A stretch of DNA of 64,000 nt from Candidatus Egerieisoma sp. (GTDB lineage: Bacteria > Bacillota > Clostridia > UBA1212 > UBA1255), in contig JAZNOJ010000053.1 in assembly GCA_045580735.1 (NCBI GenBank), positions 9,362 to 73,361 of the forward strand. The letters run 5' to 3'. The notes beneath the pieces are model-generated. The model had not been told where the DNA came from, ran no database searches, and saw only the letters and a program-made list of their open reading frames with translations. Within the stretch, counting starts at the first letter, position 1. Each line of letters begins with the position of its first letter. Shown here piece by piece: positions 1 through 11,485 of the stretch. The position numbers and the translations under genes were made by a program.

Positions 1-1244
1 TTTAATTTATCAAGCTCAGGCTTAATTAAATCAGCAGGTCTGCAGGTGATAGGCTTTTCATCTTTAAGGATTTTTTCCTTAATTTCTTTGCTGATAGGAG
101 CAGGAGTAATACCGTACTCACCCTTAACAATACCCTTTGTTTCCTTGGTAACCATTTTATATCTTTCACCGGATAAAACATTTAATACTGCCTGTGAACC
201 TACTATTTGGCTAGAAGGAGTTACAAGTGGAGGATATCCCATGTCTGCACGCACTCTAGGTACCTCTTTTAATACTTCTTCGTATTTATCCATTGCATTA
301 GCCTGTTTTAATTGTGATACGAGATTTGAAAGCATACCACCGGGTACTTGATATATTAATGCATTTATATCTACTCCAAGCATTTTAGGATCAAGTTGTC
401 CTGATTTAATAAAGCTTTCTCTCAAAGGTCTAAAATAATCTGAAATTTCACTTAAAAGCTTTAAATCAAGACCTGTATCATATTCTGTTCCTTGTAATGT
501 AGCAACGATAGGCTCTGTTGCCGGCTGTGATGTACCCATTGCAAAAGGAGAAATAGCACAGTCTATAATATCGCAACCTGCTTCAATTGCTTTTAAATAA
601 GTCATAGAGCCACAACCGCTAGTATAATGAGTGTGAAGCTCAATTGGAATCTTTACATTTTCCTTTAATGCCTTTACTAAATTATATGCCTCATATGGAA
701 CCAAAAGTCCTGCCATATCCTTAATACATAAAGAATTGGCGCCCATTTCTTCAATTCGTTTAGCATCTCTTACAAATATTTCGAGATTATGATAAGGGCT
801 TATAGTGTAACAAATACAGCCTTGTGCATGTCCACCTTCTTTAATACAAGCCTTCATTGCTCTTTCTATATTTCTTGGGTCATTTAAGGCATCAAATATT
901 CTAATAATATTCATTCCGTTGGCAATTGCCTTTTGAACGAAATAGTCAACAACGTCATCAGCATAATGCTTATATCCTAAAATATTTTGACCTCTCAAAA
1001 GCATTTGCAATGGTGTTTTTTTTGCTTTATCTTTAATTTTACGAAGTCTTTCCCAAGGATCTTCATTTAAAAATCTTAAAGAAGCGTCAAATGTTGCACC
1101 GCCCCATGCTTCAAGTGCATTGTATCCAACATTATCAAGCTTTTCAACAATTGGAAGCATTTGCTCTGTAGTCATTCTGGTAGCAATAAGTGACTGATGA
1201 GCATCTCTTAAAATGGTTTCTGTAATTTTTACCATCTTTTTCAT
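1..1244 (-). CDS. Biotin-dependent carboxyltransferase 5S-like / oxaloacetate decarboxylase alpha-like subunit. The N-terminal part lies in the window; the C-terminus runs off the window edge.
   Basis: Minus-strand translation from the ATG at 1242-1244 reads MKKMVKITETILRDAHQSLIATRM... with an HTHYTSG motif, typical of the OadA / PycB / transcarboxylase 5S TIM-barrel carboxyltransferase. The frame stays open to position 1. It is missing from the ORF track only because it is truncated. Confidence 0.8.
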   Translation of the reverse strand, partial: MKKMVKITETILRDAHQSLIATRMTTEQMLPIVEKLDNVGYNALEAWGGATFDASLRFLNEDPWERLRKIKDKAKKTPLQMLLRGQNILGYKHYADDVVDYFVQKAIANGMNIIRIFDALNDPRNIERAMKACIKEGGHAQGCICYTISPYHNLEIFVRDAKRIEEMGANSLCIKDMAGLLVPYEAYNLVKALKENVKIPIELHTHYTSGCGSMTYLKAIEAGCDIIDCAISPFAMGTSQPATEPIVATLQGTEYDTGLDLKLLSEISDYFRPLRESFIKSGQLDPKMLGVDINALIYQVPGGMLSNLVSQLKQANAMDKYEEVLKEVPRVRADMGYPPLVTPSSQIVGSQAVLNVLSGERYKMVTKETKGIVKGEYGITPAPISKEIKEKILKDEKPITCRPADLIKPELDKL

Positions 1245-1252
1245 ATCCTTTC

Positions 1253-1645
1253 TCAATTATATGTTACCAAAATATCGCCTGTGGCAACCTGTCCACCTTG
1301 TTGGACATTTACTGATGAAATTGTACAATCGATAGGAGCAGTAATGTCGTTTTCCATTTTCATGGCTTCAAGAACTAATATTACATCTCCTTTTTTTACA
1401 GTATCTCCTGCTTTTGAATTTATCTTAACGATAGTTCCCGGCATTGGTGCTTTTACAGAATTTGATCCTGCACTTGAATTAGAAGCTGCTACAGCAGGGG
1501 CATTCATTGGAGCAGGAGCTGGTGTGGGAGCCTTTGGAGTTGATGCTTGTACAGTAGATGCTGTTTGTGAAGAAATATTTCCACCAACTTCTTCTACCTC
1601 TACTTCATATGCAACGCCATTTACTTTTATATTATACTTTTTCAT
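1253..1645 (-). CDS. Biotin carboxyl carrier protein (biotinyl domain, 1.3S-like subunit)
   Basis: 130 aa with an Ala/Pro-rich linker followed by the EAMKMEN biotinylation motif. It sits immediately between two carboxyltransferase genes. Confidence 0.8.
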   Translation of the reverse strand: MKKYNIKVNGVAYEVEVEEVGGNISSQTASTVQASTPKAPTPAPAPMNAPAVAASNSSAGSNSVKAPMPGTIVKINSKAGDTVKKGDVILVLEAMKMENDITAPIDCTISSVNVQQGGQVATGDILVTYN

Positions 1646-1663
1646 TGTAATCTATCCTTTCTA

Positions 1664-2992
1664 TTAATCTAACAAATATAACGCACTAATAATTCTGGCT
1701 CTGGTTTCTGACGGATTAATTATATCATCGACAAGTCCCTTTTGAGCTGCATAATAAGGTGTTGAATATTCTTTTTTATATTTTTCAATAAATTCATTTC
1801 TGGCTTCAACAGGATTTTCTGCTGCTTTAATATCATCATTATAAATTAATAATGCACCTGCTTCAGGTGTTATTACAGCAATATCTGAATTATTCCAAGC
1901 ATAAACTATATCTGCACCTGTATTTTTACCGTTCATAATTAAATATGAGCTACCATATGCTTTACCTGTAATAATATTAATTTTTGGAATTTCGCTGTTT
2001 ACAAACGAGGATATAAGTAGTGCAGCGGATGCTGAAAGACCATTTTCTTCTTGTGTTGCAGAAACAACAAATCCTGCCGTATTTGTTAATGTAATCACAG
2101 GAATGTTAAATTTGTCACAAAAAGCAAGAATTGATGATGCCTTTTCACATGAATCCTTGTCTAAAAGACCTTCATTCTCGGAGGGCTGATTAGCAATTAC
2201 TGCAACTGATCTTCCTCCAATTATTGCAAAGCCTGTGACAATATTTTTAGCATATTCAGAGAATAATTCTAACCATTTGTTATTGTCGGATATCTCGGAA
2301 ATCAAATTCTTAACGTCGTATGACTCAAAAGGCTTAAAATTATCTGCATTGATTCTTTTATTAATATCATCACTAGTATCATGCAACGTAGAAGCTACCT
2401 TACAATTATCAGGTATATAATCTAATAATTCTCTAACCTTATCAAAAGCAGCTTTTCTGTCTTCACATTTTATAGAAATGCTTTTTTTAGAGTTTGAAAG
2501 CTTTGCTCCGGTTGCTTCAATTGCATTTTGTCCTGAAAATGCTACATATGCATTATTAGTTACAATATTAAAATCTGCAGCTGATGCAATTACTGACGAT
2601 ATACCAATACACTTACCATCGTTTACAACTATAACCGGAATAATGCCTAAAGCAGATGTAACCGCTTTAACAATTAAGCTATAGCCAAGCAATGAGTCAA
2701 GTCCCTCGTCGATTCTTGCTCCGGAAGATGACATATAAAAAACAAAAGGAGCACCAACCTTAATTGCCATATCTATGCAATTTGAGATTTTTTTAGCATG
2801 TGTTAGACCAACTGCACCTTTTAAATATGATTCATCTTGAAAAGCTGCAAAAACAGCTTTTTCGTTTATTGAACCATAACCGGTAACTACACCATCTCCA
2901 TCCTTAGCTTCTGCGGCTGCTGGTGAAACGATGTATGAATTTGTTTGAACAAATGTATTAATATCATACAATTCATTTATTATTTCTATCAT
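1664..2992 (-). CDS. Acyl-CoA carboxyltransferase (methylmalonyl-CoA decarboxylase alpha / propionyl-CoA carboxylase beta family)
   Basis: 442 aa with a double crotonase-like carboxyltransferase fold, for example GKAYGSSYLIMNG and NTAGFVV. It is the first gene of the CT-BCCP-5S triad on the minus strand. Confidence 0.75.
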   Translation of the reverse strand: MIEIINELYDINTFVQTNSYIVSPAAAEAKDGDGVVTGYGSINEKAVFAAFQDESYLKGAVGLTHAKKISNCIDMAIKVGAPFVFYMSSSGARIDEGLDSLLGYSLIVKAVTSALGIIPVIVVNDGKCIGISSVIASAADFNIVTNNAYVAFSGQNAIEATGAKLSNSKKSISIKCEDRKAAFDKVRELLDYIPDNCKVASTLHDTSDDINKRINADNFKPFESYDVKNLISEISDNNKWLELFSEYAKNIVTGFAIIGGRSVAVIANQPSENEGLLDKDSCEKASSILAFCDKFNIPVITLTNTAGFVVSATQEENGLSASAALLISSFVNSEIPKINIITGKAYGSSYLIMNGKNTGADIVYAWNNSDIAVITPEAGALLIYNDDIKAAENPVEARNEFIEKYKKEYSTPYYAAQKGLVDDIINPSETRARIISALYLLD

Positions 2993-3077
2993 ACTTTACC
3001 TCCAAATAGGAAAATATATACTTTTAATAGTATACATTTCTTATGAATTTTAGTCAAACAAAAGTAATCAAAAATGT

Positions 3078-4247
3078 CTAAATATTAATAAATTCTCTAA
3101 ATACTTCATTTGCAAAATCCAAGCCTTTTTTGCTTAGCTTCACATTTTTATCAATATCTACTAATCCCTTGTTTTTTAAAGTAATAATTTTTTCTTTAAA
3201 AATCTCAAAATAGCTTTTACCAAAGCGATTAATAAATACAGCATCATCAGGACCAGAAAGCATTCTAAATCCTAACATCATAAATTCATTCATTTGCTCT
3301 TCTATATCAATAACCTCTTTTTCGTATTTGAAATTTTTATTTATATAAGAATCAAAGGTTGATATACAAGATTCTCTTATATAATCAGTTGAGAGAGCTT
3401 GGTTATAATATGATGCTGCGCCCATTCCAAAGCCTAAATATGGAAGGCATTTCCAATATTTTATATTATGTGCGCATTTATAATTTTCAAATGCAAAATT
3501 TGATATTTCATATTGTTTTAGACTGTATTTGTTAAGCTTATTTTGAATAATATAATACATTTCTCTTTCAATAGAATCGTCAATAAAAAGTATGTCACCA
3601 TTATCGTACATTTTTGAAAATGTGGTTTCATCTTCTAAAATTATACTATATGCTGAAATGTGTTTAATTCCTAATGAGATTAAATTATCTATATCCTCCT
3701 CTAGCTCGTTAATTGTTTGTGCCGGAGAGGATAATACCTTTGGTACGGCAAATATTAAATCACAATTTATATTATCAAAGCCATTTGATTGAGCTAGATT
3801 AATTGCATTCATGGCTTCATTAAAATTATGAATTCTTCCCATAGATTTTAATAAACGATCATGTGTGCTTTGAACTCCGATACTAATACGATTAATTCCG
3901 ATTTTTTTATAAGAAATAAAATGCTCCCGGGTAACAGTACCCGGGTTAACTTCAATTGAAATTTCAGCATCGTCAGAAATGCATGTTTTAGCTCTTACGC
4001 AATTAATAAGCTTTTCGATATATTCTGGAGAAACGATACTTGGAGTTCCCCCACCAATAAAAATAGAATCTACGCATTTTACAATATTAATTTTATTTTC
4101 AATCTCACTGATTAACGCATCAAAATATTTTTCGACTTGAATATTAGTAAATTTATTAATCGGAAAGGATAAAAAATCACAATATGAGCATTTTTGTACA
4201 CAAAATGGTACGTGAAAATATAATCCGTAATTCATATTACTCATCAA
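3078..4247 (-). CDS. hemW: Radical SAM family heme chaperone HemW (HemN-like, oxygen-independent coproporphyrinogen III oxidase family)
   Basis: [10 protein letters not shown] matches the CxxxCxxC radical-SAM motif. At 389 aa it also has a HemN C-terminal domain. It lies directly downstream of lepA and overlaps it by 11 nt, the conserved Firmicutes lepA-hemN/hemW synteny. Confidence 0.8.
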   Translation of the reverse strand: MMSNMNYGLYFHVPFCVQKCSYCDFLSFPINKFTNIQVEKYFDALISEIENKINIVKCVDSIFIGGGTPSIVSPEYIEKLINCVRAKTCISDDAEISIEVNPGTVTREHFISYKKIGINRISIGVQSTHDRLLKSMGRIHNFNEAMNAINLAQSNGFDNINCDLIFAVPKVLSSPAQTINELEEDIDNLISLGIKHISAYSIILEDETTFSKMYDNGDILFIDDSIEREMYYIIQNKLNKYSLKQYEISNFAFENYKCAHNIKYWKCLPYLGFGMGAASYYNQALSTDYIRESCISTFDSYINKNFKYEKEVIDIEEQMNEFMMLGFRMLSGPDDAVFINRFGKSYFEIFKEKIITLKNKGLVDIDKNVKLSKKGLDFANEVFREFINI

Positions 4248-6051
4248 GCTTTAGAACACTTAAAAAGGCTTCTTGCGGAACATCTACACTGCCAAATTGA
4301 CGCATTTTCTTCTTACCTTCTTTTTGTTTTTCAAGAAGTTTTTTCTTACGAGAAATATCACCGCCATAGCATTTTGCTAATACGTCTTTTCTGTAGGCCT
4401 TTACTGTTTCTCTTGCTATTATTTTACCGCCAATACAAGCTTGAATTGGAACCTCGAATTGATGACGAGGAATGGTATCCTTTAATTTTGAAGCTATTTT
4501 TCTTCCTCTGGTATAAGCTTTATCTGCATGAACAATTAATGATAAAGCATCAACTATTTCACCATTCAAATATATATCTAATTTTACAAGATTAGATTTT
4601 CTATAACCAAGTATTTCATAATCAAGAGAGGCATATCCTCTAGTGCGTGATTTTAAAGCATCAAAGAAATCATAAATTACTTCATTAAGAGGTATTTCGT
4701 AAGTCATTAATACACGAGTGTCTTCAATATAATCCATATTTATAAATATACCTCTACGCTCTGTAGTAAGCTCCATAATATTTCCAACGTATTCAGTTGG
4801 CGTCATTATCGAAGCCTTTACCATTGGTTCTTCAATATAATCAATTTCAGTAGGATTTGGCATATTAGTTGGATTGTCCAAAGGAAGGACTTCTCCTGTT
4901 GTTTTATAAATATTATAAATAACACTAGGTGTAGTAGTAATTAAATCTAAATTGTACTCTCTAGATAGTCTTTCCTGAATAATTTCTAAATGCAAAAGAC
5001 CTAAAAATCCACATCTAAAACCAAAGCCTAAAGCCTTTGAGGTCTCAGGCTCAAATATTAACGATGCATCATTTAACTGGAGCTTACAAAGAGCATCACG
5101 TAAATCCTCATAATCACCGCCATCAATAGGATATACACCACAGAAAACCATTGGTTGAACTTTTTTGTATCCTGGCATAGCTTCTTTAGTGGGATTATTT
5201 GATAGTGTAACTGTATCACCAACCGTTGCATCAGTAATATTTTTAATTGCAGCAGCTATATAACCAACCTCACCTGCACTAACACATTCAGATTGCTGTA
5301 AGACTCCCGGCTTAAACCAGCCTACCTCAGTAACAACATACTCACGACCTGTAGACATAAGCTTAATAGTATCGCCTCTTTTTACAGAACCATCAAAAAC
5401 TCTTACATAAATAATAACACCTTTGTATGCATCATAATATGAATCAAATATTAAAGCTTTTAATGGTGCATTAATATCACCCTTAGGAGCAGGAATATTT
5501 TCAACGATTGATTCTAAAACCTCTTCAATACCTATACCTGCCTTAGCTGAAATTAAAGGAGCTTCATCTGCCGGAAGACCTATTACATCTTCAATTTCTT
5601 TCTTTACAACATCCGGCTGCGCAGCTGGTAAATCAATTTTATTAATTACAGGGATAACATCAAGATTATTATCTATAGCTTGATATACGTTTGCTAAAGT
5701 CTGTGCTTCAACGCCTTGTGCTGCATCAACAACTAAAACTGCACCCTCACATGCAGCAAGAGTTCTTGAAACCTCATAATTAAAGTCAACATGTCCAGGA
5801 GTATCAATGAGGTTAAAAACATAATTTTCACCATTTTTAGCTTCATAATTAAGCCTTACTGATTGTGCTTTAATTGTAATTCCTCTTTCACGCTCAAGTT
5901 CCATATTATCTAAAACCTGTGCTTCCATTTCTCTTTGTGTTAATACACCGGTTTTTTCTAATATTCTATCTGCAAGAGTAGACTTGCCATGGTCAATATG
6001 TGCTATAATACAAAAATTTCTAATTTTTTCTATATCAGTCATAAGAATCAC
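4237..6051 (-). CDS. lepA: Elongation factor 4 (LepA)
   Basis: The N-terminus [22 protein letters not shown] carries a G1 GTPase motif and the full 600-aa EF4 architecture. Confidence 0.95.
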   Translation of the reverse strand: MILMTDIEKIRNFCIIAHIDHGKSTLADRILEKTGVLTQREMEAQVLDNMELERERGITIKAQSVRLNYEAKNGENYVFNLIDTPGHVDFNYEVSRTLAACEGAVLVVDAAQGVEAQTLANVYQAIDNNLDVIPVINKIDLPAAQPDVVKKEIEDVIGLPADEAPLISAKAGIGIEEVLESIVENIPAPKGDINAPLKALIFDSYYDAYKGVIIYVRVFDGSVKRGDTIKLMSTGREYVVTEVGWFKPGVLQQSECVSAGEVGYIAAAIKNITDATVGDTVTLSNNPTKEAMPGYKKVQPMVFCGVYPIDGGDYEDLRDALCKLQLNDASLIFEPETSKALGFGFRCGFLGLLHLEIIQERLSREYNLDLITTTPSVIYNIYKTTGEVLPLDNPTNMPNPTEIDYIEEPMVKASIMTPTEYVGNIMELTTERRGIFINMDYIEDTRVLMTYEIPLNEVIYDFFDALKSRTRGYASLDYEILGYRKSNLVKLDIYLNGEIVDALSLIVHADKAYTRGRKIASKLKDTIPRHQFEVPIQACIGGKIIARETVKAYRKDVLAKCYGGDISRKKKLLEKQKEGKKKMRQFGSVDVPQEAFLSVLKLDE

Positions 6052-6054
6052 CTA

Positions 6055-7200
6055 TTATCCGTAAATATCACTTAATACTAATCCTAAAAGCTCAGAGGTG
6101 GCATTTGCTTCTGATGTAAGATTACCATTAAAACCAATTTCTACCAACAAAGAATTTTCAGCATAATTTTGATTGTATGGATTTCTTCTAAATTCAACAA
6201 GACGTACAATGCCAGGTACTTTTTCTTCAAGTTTATCTATAACAAGCATACATAGTCTAAAATTATCTTCCCAATAAGGATTAACAGCCGAATTATGCTG
6301 TCCAGTTGTTTCATCAAAATCTAAGCCAATAACAAAAGATATTTGAGAATATTTTACTCCATTAGCTTCAATTACAGGCCCGTATTTTTGGCCTCCATCT
6401 ATTGCTGCATTTCTATGAACATCAACTTGTAGCTTAATATTAGAGTTGTCAGCGTAAATTTCATCCAATCTTAAAGCTGCATTGTTATAAGAAATATCTG
6501 ACTCAAGACCTTCCTGGAAAATTGTTTTATCGTGGATTACATTTATACCTGTATGTCTTTTTATTGTATTTTGAAGTACGTTGCCTGCTTCAACAACATT
6601 ATTCTTTTCACCTTTTATTGAAGAATTTTTGGTATTATATTTATCATCCTCTGTAGCACAGTAGCCTTCTGTTGCATGTACATGATAAATTAATATATCC
6701 TTTGCATCCATTGGTTCAATGATAAGAGGCTTTGATAATATTTGTGCAATATCCAAGCCTTTATGAACATAGTCATTTTGAATTTTTAAGTCACCAAGCA
6801 TAAACGTACTCTTTGCTTCAGGAATAACTGTATTTATTGCAGTATTAGAAGTAAGTCCTGTAACATTTAAGCCCTTTTCACCCTTAACAACATCTGTATC
6901 CACGCCTTGATCACTAAGAGAAAAAGTATAATACTTTTGTATTTCCTTTTTGCCTGAAATATGTGAAAGTGAATCATTAAAAATATATTTAAACGAATTA
7001 ATTCCCTCACCTTCAAATGAATCATTCAAAATATTATTGGTAACATTATTCATTGATACAATAACATTATTTAATGATTCGGTATTAGAAGAATTAACCT
7101 GAATATGAGCAATAATAAAGCATACTGTCAATATTACAATTTCTAAAACAAAGAATAAAATCAACAAGTGAAAGTCTCTTTTATTAGAAAATCTATCCAT
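6055..7200 (-). CDS. spoIIP: Stage II sporulation protein P (SpoIIP)-like
   Basis: 381 aa with an N-terminal TM anchor and a C-terminal SpoIIP-like domain. It sits immediately upstream of lepA, as in the Bacillus gpr-spoIIP-lepA arrangement. Confidence 0.6.
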   Translation of the reverse strand: MDRFSNKRDFHLLILFFVLEIVILTVCFIIAHIQVNSSNTESLNNVIVSMNNVTNNILNDSFEGEGINSFKYIFNDSLSHISGKKEIQKYYTFSLSDQGVDTDVVKGEKGLNVTGLTSNTAINTVIPEAKSTFMLGDLKIQNDYVHKGLDIAQILSKPLIIEPMDAKDILIYHVHATEGYCATEDDKYNTKNSSIKGEKNNVVEAGNVLQNTIKRHTGINVIHDKTIFQEGLESDISYNNAALRLDEIYADNSNIKLQVDVHRNAAIDGGQKYGPVIEANGVKYSQISFVIGLDFDETTGQHNSAVNPYWEDNFRLCMLVIDKLEEKVPGIVRLVEFRRNPYNQNYAENSLLVEIGFNGNLTSEANATSELLGLVLSDIYG

Positions 7201-10200
7201 TATTGTTTTCTCCTTCTTTATTTAAATTTTTGAAGGCTGCAGAAAGCATAAGTCTGATTCTATTAAGCTGATTAACCTCACTTGCACCAGGGTCATAATC
7301 TACTGCAACAATGTTAGATTCAGGATATTTTTCTCTTAAAACTTTTATCATACCTTTTCCTGTAACATGATTTGGTAAGCATGCAAATGGTTGCATACAA
7401 ACTATATTTGGTGCTCCTGTATGAATTAGTTCAAGCATTTCCGCTGTTAAGAACCAACCCTCACCTGTGTTGTTTCCTAAAGAAAGTATCTTGCTTGCTT
7501 CGTTTGCTAAAGAATAAATATCTGAAGGTGCTATAAAGCGTTTGCTTTCATTTAAATATTTTTTTAATGGTTTTCTAAAATATTCTATTGCACTGATAGC
7601 TGCTTTGTTAATAAGAACATTACTGTACTTATTACTTAACTTTTCGTGCTTATAAATTCCGCCATGACAACAATATAAAAAGAAATCAATCAAATCTGGC
7701 ATTACGGCCTCAGCACCCTCTGCTTCAATTAAATCCACGATATTATTATTGGCAGTTGGATGGAATTTTACAAGAATCTCACCTACTAATCCAACTCTCG
7801 GTTTAACAACATCTTTCAATGGCAGGTTATCGAAATCTCTAACGATATCTCTAATATTTCTTCTAAATTTACCCATTGATGGCTTCTTTACATCTTCTAA
7901 GCACTTTTTAAGCCACTTTTGGTGAAGTGCATTTGCAGAGCCTGGTTCTAATTCATAAGGTCTGGTTCTATAAAGGACTCTCATGAATAAATCACCATAG
8001 CACAATGCCATAATTGCTCTTTCTAAAAGCTTTGGCGTAATTTTAAAGCCTGAATTACTTTCTAAGCCTGAAGCAGTTAATGAAATTACAGGTATGTGCG
8101 ATAGTCCCATATCTTTTAACGCTTTTCTTATAAAAGCAATATAGTTAGTTGCACGACAGCCGCCACCCGTTTGAGTTATTATAAGAGCAGTCTTGTTTAA
8201 ATCATACTTTCCGGATTTTAACGCTTCAACAAATTGACCAACAACAACAACAGTCGGGAAACATGCATCATTATTTACATATTTAAGTCCATGTTCTACT
8301 GCTTTTCTGTCATTTGAAGGCAAAACCTCAAAATTGTAACCATTACTATTAAATGCTTCAGCTACCAAATCGAAATGAATTGGAGACATCTGTGGTGCAA
8401 GAATTGTATAATCCTTTCTCATTTCCTGTGTAAATTCAACCTTAGGGAAAGAGTAGCTTTCAGGCTTTCTGATTTCTATTTTATTTGCATCTCTATCGGC
8501 CATAGCTGCCTTCAATGAGCGAATTCTAATTCTTATTGCTCCTAAATTTGAGCCTTCATCTATTTTTAGACAAGTATATATTTTTCCGGCAGAGGCTAAT
8601 ATTTCTTCAACCTGATCTGTTGTAACAGCGTCAATACCACAACCGAAGGAGTTTAATTGTATTAATTCCATATTTGGCTGTGTACGAACATAATCTGCTG
8701 CTCTATAGAGTCTTGAATGGTAAACCCATTGGTTTACAACTCTGATAGGTGTATCAAGATTACCAAGATGAGAAATGGAATCTTCAGTAATTACAGCAAA
8801 GTCAAATGAAGAAATAAGCTCAGGAATACCATGATTAATTTCAGGATCTAAATGATATGGTCTTCCTGCCAGAACAATTATTTTTATATTATTTTTGTTA
8901 GAATAATTAATAATTTCTTCAGCTTTATTTCTAATATCCTCCTTAAAATTGTCATACTCTGCATAAGCAGCCTGACATGCCTTTGTTACAACAGACTTAG
9001 ATAAGCCGAATTTTTTAAATTCTTCAAATAATCTTTCTGCCATTCTTTTTTTATCATATATTGGTAAAAAAGGATGCATAAAATCAATATTATTTTCTTT
9101 TAAAATATCCATGTTATTATTAATAACTTCAGGATATGATGTAACAATAGGACAATTAAAATGATTATTCGCTTTTGCATCTTCCTTTTGTTCATATGGT
9201 ATAGAAGGATAGAAAATTTTGTTAATACCTCTATTTACCAAGTTTGCAACATGTCCATGCACAAGCTTTCCCGGATAACAAACAGATTCAGAAGGAATAG
9301 TTTCCATGCCCTCAGCAAATAATTTTTTGCTACTTTGCTCTGAAAGAACAACTTTAAAGCCAAGCTCTGTAAGGAAAGTAAACCAAAATGGATAATTTTC
9401 ATAAATATTTAGTGCTCTAGGTATACCGATTTCACCTAATGGTGCATTTTCTAATGGCTTATAATATTCAAATAACCTATTATATTTATAAGCAAACAAA
9501 TTTAAATTTTCTTTTGTTTCTGTATTATTTGAATTTTTAAGGCTTACATCACCTTTTTCACATCTGTTGCCGGAAACAAAAATTTTACCATCTGAAAATT
9601 TGTTAATTGTAAGTAAACAATTATTTGAGCACTTTCCACATCTTGCTTTTCTAACATCAGCTTTGATATTTTCAGCTTTTTCTAGAGACAAAAGAGTAGT
9701 TTCAGGTTTAATTTCTGAATTGTTATAAGCATTTTTCGCAATTAATGCACAGCCGTATGCACCCATAAGACCAGCTATATCAGGTCTTACAGCTTCTCTT
9801 TCAGAAATAATTTCAAAACATCTTAAAATTGCGTCATTATAGAATGTTCCACCTTGAACTATAAGCTTTTTGCCCATTTCTTCAGGAGTTTTAATTTTAA
9901 TAACTTTAGTTAATGCATTTTTTATTACAGAATATGATAATCCTGCAGATATGTCAGCAACACTTGCTCCCTCTTTTTGAGCCTGTTTTACTCTTGAATT
10001 CATAAATACAGTACATCTTGAGCCCAAATCGACTGGCTTTTTCGCACGAAGTGCTTCTTCTGCGAATGATGTAACGTCTATTGCTAATGAAGTTGAAAAA
10101 GCTTCTATAAATGAACCACAACCAGAAGAACATGCTTCATTTAACATTATACTTTGTATAACGCCATCTTTAATTTTAAGACATTTCATATCCTGTCCAC

Positions 10201-11485
10201 CGATATCGAGTATAAAATCAACACCAGGTAAAAACTTTTCCGCTGCTTTATAATGTGCAATTGTTTCAATTTCGCCTATATCAATTCCCAGAGCAGTTTT
10301 AATCAAGCCTTCTCCATATCCTGTAACTGCCGAGTATGCAATTTTAGCAGTTTCCGGAAGCATTGAATAAATATCCTTTAATATTTTCAAAGCTGAATTA
10401 AATGGGCTTCCAAAATTACTAGCATACCAAGTATAAAGAAGCTCATCATTTTCGCCCATTACTACCGCTTTTGTGGTAGTTGAACCAGCATCAATGCCTA
10501 AATAGCAATTACCCTTGTATGTTTTTAAGTCACCTCTCGGTGCCTTGTTTTTTGCATGTCTTTCTTTAAATGCTTTTATCTCTTCATCATTTTCAAAAAG
10601 AGGCTGTAATCTACCAATTTCATCTGATTCTACAACTAAAATATCAGAAAGCTTATTATAAATATCAGAAATTTTGTATATTTTTCTTGAATCCTTTCTT
10701 GAGCGTTCTTCAGATGTATATGCTGCACCTAAAGCCACAAAAAGATGTGAATTTCCTGGGAATATAATTCTATCATCTGTTAATTCCAATGTTTCTATAA
10801 ATCTTTGTCTTAATTCTGATAAATAATTTAAAGGTCCTCCCAAGAAAGCAACTTTACCTGTTATTCTTCTACCACATGCAAGACCACTAATGGTTTGATT
10901 TACAACTGATTGAAAAACAGAAGCTGCAATATCCTCTTTAGCTGCACCCTCATTTAAGAGTGGTTGAATATCAGTTTTTGCAAAAACACCACATCTTGCA
11001 GCAATTGGATAAATAGTAGTATGTTTTTTTGCAAGCTCATTTAGACCAGTGGCATCTGTCTTTAATAATATTGCCATCTGATCTATAAATGCACCTGTAC
11101 CACCAGCACAAGTACCATTCATTCTTTGCTCAACCGGATTTTCAAGGAATATAATTTTTGCATCCTCGCCTCCAAGCTCGATAACAACTGAGGTTTCAGG
11201 AATAAGTCTTTCGACAGATTCTGTTGAAGCTACAACCTCTTGAACGAATGGTAAGTCTAGCCAATTTGCTACAAGCATACCACCAGAGCCAGTTACATTA
11301 ATAGAAGCTTCATAATCCATATATTCTGATAAGGCTTCCTGTAACATATTATATATGGTTTTTCTTATATCTGAATAATGTCTTTGATATTTACTATAAA
11401 GTATCTCGTCATTTTCGTTTAATATTACTATTTTAACTGTCGTTGAGCCAACATCAAGACCTATTCTAAGTATATCATTCTTCAT
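7193..11485 (-). CDS. Large acyl-CoA dehydratase activase-related fusion protein. It has two BadF/BadG/BcrA/BcrD (HgdC-like) ATPase domains and a C-terminal DUF2229-like region.
   Basis: There are two tandem actin-like ATPase starts: [17 protein letters not shown] near the N-terminus and [17 protein letters not shown] at about aa 330. A Cys-rich CSSGCGSF segment follows. Total length is 1430 aa, typical of clostridial proteins annotated 'CoA-substrate-specific enzyme activase'. Confidence 0.7.
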   Translation of the reverse strand: MKNDILRIGLDVGSTTVKIVILNENDEILYSKYQRHYSDIRKTIYNMLQEALSEYMDYEASINVTGSGGMLVANWLDLPFVQEVVASTESVERLIPETSVVIELGGEDAKIIFLENPVEQRMNGTCAGGTGAFIDQMAILLKTDATGLNELAKKHTTIYPIAARCGVFAKTDIQPLLNEGAAKEDIAASVFQSVVNQTISGLACGRRITGKVAFLGGPLNYLSELRQRFIETLELTDDRIIFPGNSHLFVALGAAYTSEERSRKDSRKIYKISDIYNKLSDILVVESDEIGRLQPLFENDEEIKAFKERHAKNKAPRGDLKTYKGNCYLGIDAGSTTTKAVVMGENDELLYTWYASNFGSPFNSALKILKDIYSMLPETAKIAYSAVTGYGEGLIKTALGIDIGEIETIAHYKAAEKFLPGVDFILDIGGQDMKCLKIKDGVIQSIMLNEACSSGCGSFIEAFSTSLAIDVTSFAEEALRAKKPVDLGSRCTVFMNSRVKQAQKEGASVADISAGLSYSVIKNALTKVIKIKTPEEMGKKLIVQGGTFYNDAILRCFEIISEREAVRPDIAGLMGAYGCALIAKNAYNNSEIKPETTLLSLEKAENIKADVRKARCGKCSNNCLLTINKFSDGKIFVSGNRCEKGDVSLKNSNNTETKENLNLFAYKYNRLFEYYKPLENAPLGEIGIPRALNIYENYPFWFTFLTELGFKVVLSEQSSKKLFAEGMETIPSESVCYPGKLVHGHVANLVNRGINKIFYPSIPYEQKEDAKANNHFNCPIVTSYPEVINNNMDILKENNIDFMHPFLPIYDKKRMAERLFEEFKKFGLSKSVVTKACQAAYAEYDNFKEDIRNKAEEIINYSNKNNIKIIVLAGRPYHLDPEINHGIPELISSFDFAVITEDSISHLGNLDTPIRVVNQWVYHSRLYRAADYVRTQPNMELIQLNSFGCGIDAVTTDQVEEILASAGKIYTCLKIDEGSNLGAIRIRIRSLKAAMADRDANKIEIRKPESYSFPKVEFTQEMRKDYTILAPQMSPIHFDLVAEAFNSNGYNFEVLPSNDRKAVEHGLKYVNNDACFPTVVVVGQFVEALKSGKYDLNKTALIITQTGGGCRATNYIAFIRKALKDMGLSHIPVISLTASGLESNSGFKITPKLLERAIMALCYGDLFMRVLYRTRPYELEPGSANALHQKWLKKCLEDVKKPSMGKFRRNIRDIVRDFDNLPLKDVVKPRVGLVGEILVKFHPTANNNIVDLIEAEGAEAVMPDLIDFFLYCCHGGIYKHEKLSNKYSNVLINKAAISAIEYFRKPLKKYLNESKRFIAPSDIYSLANEASKILSLGNNTGEGWFLTAEMLELIHTGAPNIVCMQPFACLPNHVTGKGMIKVLREKYPESNIVAVDYDPGASEVNQLNRIRLMLSAAFKNLNKEGENNNG

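Noticed and set aside
46-351. 101-aa plus-strand ORF at the window start
   Set aside because: It lies entirely antisense within the clearly coding minus-strand OadA/5S-like carboxyltransferase gene and is low-complexity. It is a shadow ORF.
1281-1667. 128-aa plus-strand ORF opposite the BCCP gene
   Set aside because: It is antisense to a bona fide biotinyl-domain gene that carries the AMKM motif. Its Ala/Gly/Pro-rich translation mirrors the BCCP linker. It is a shadow ORF.
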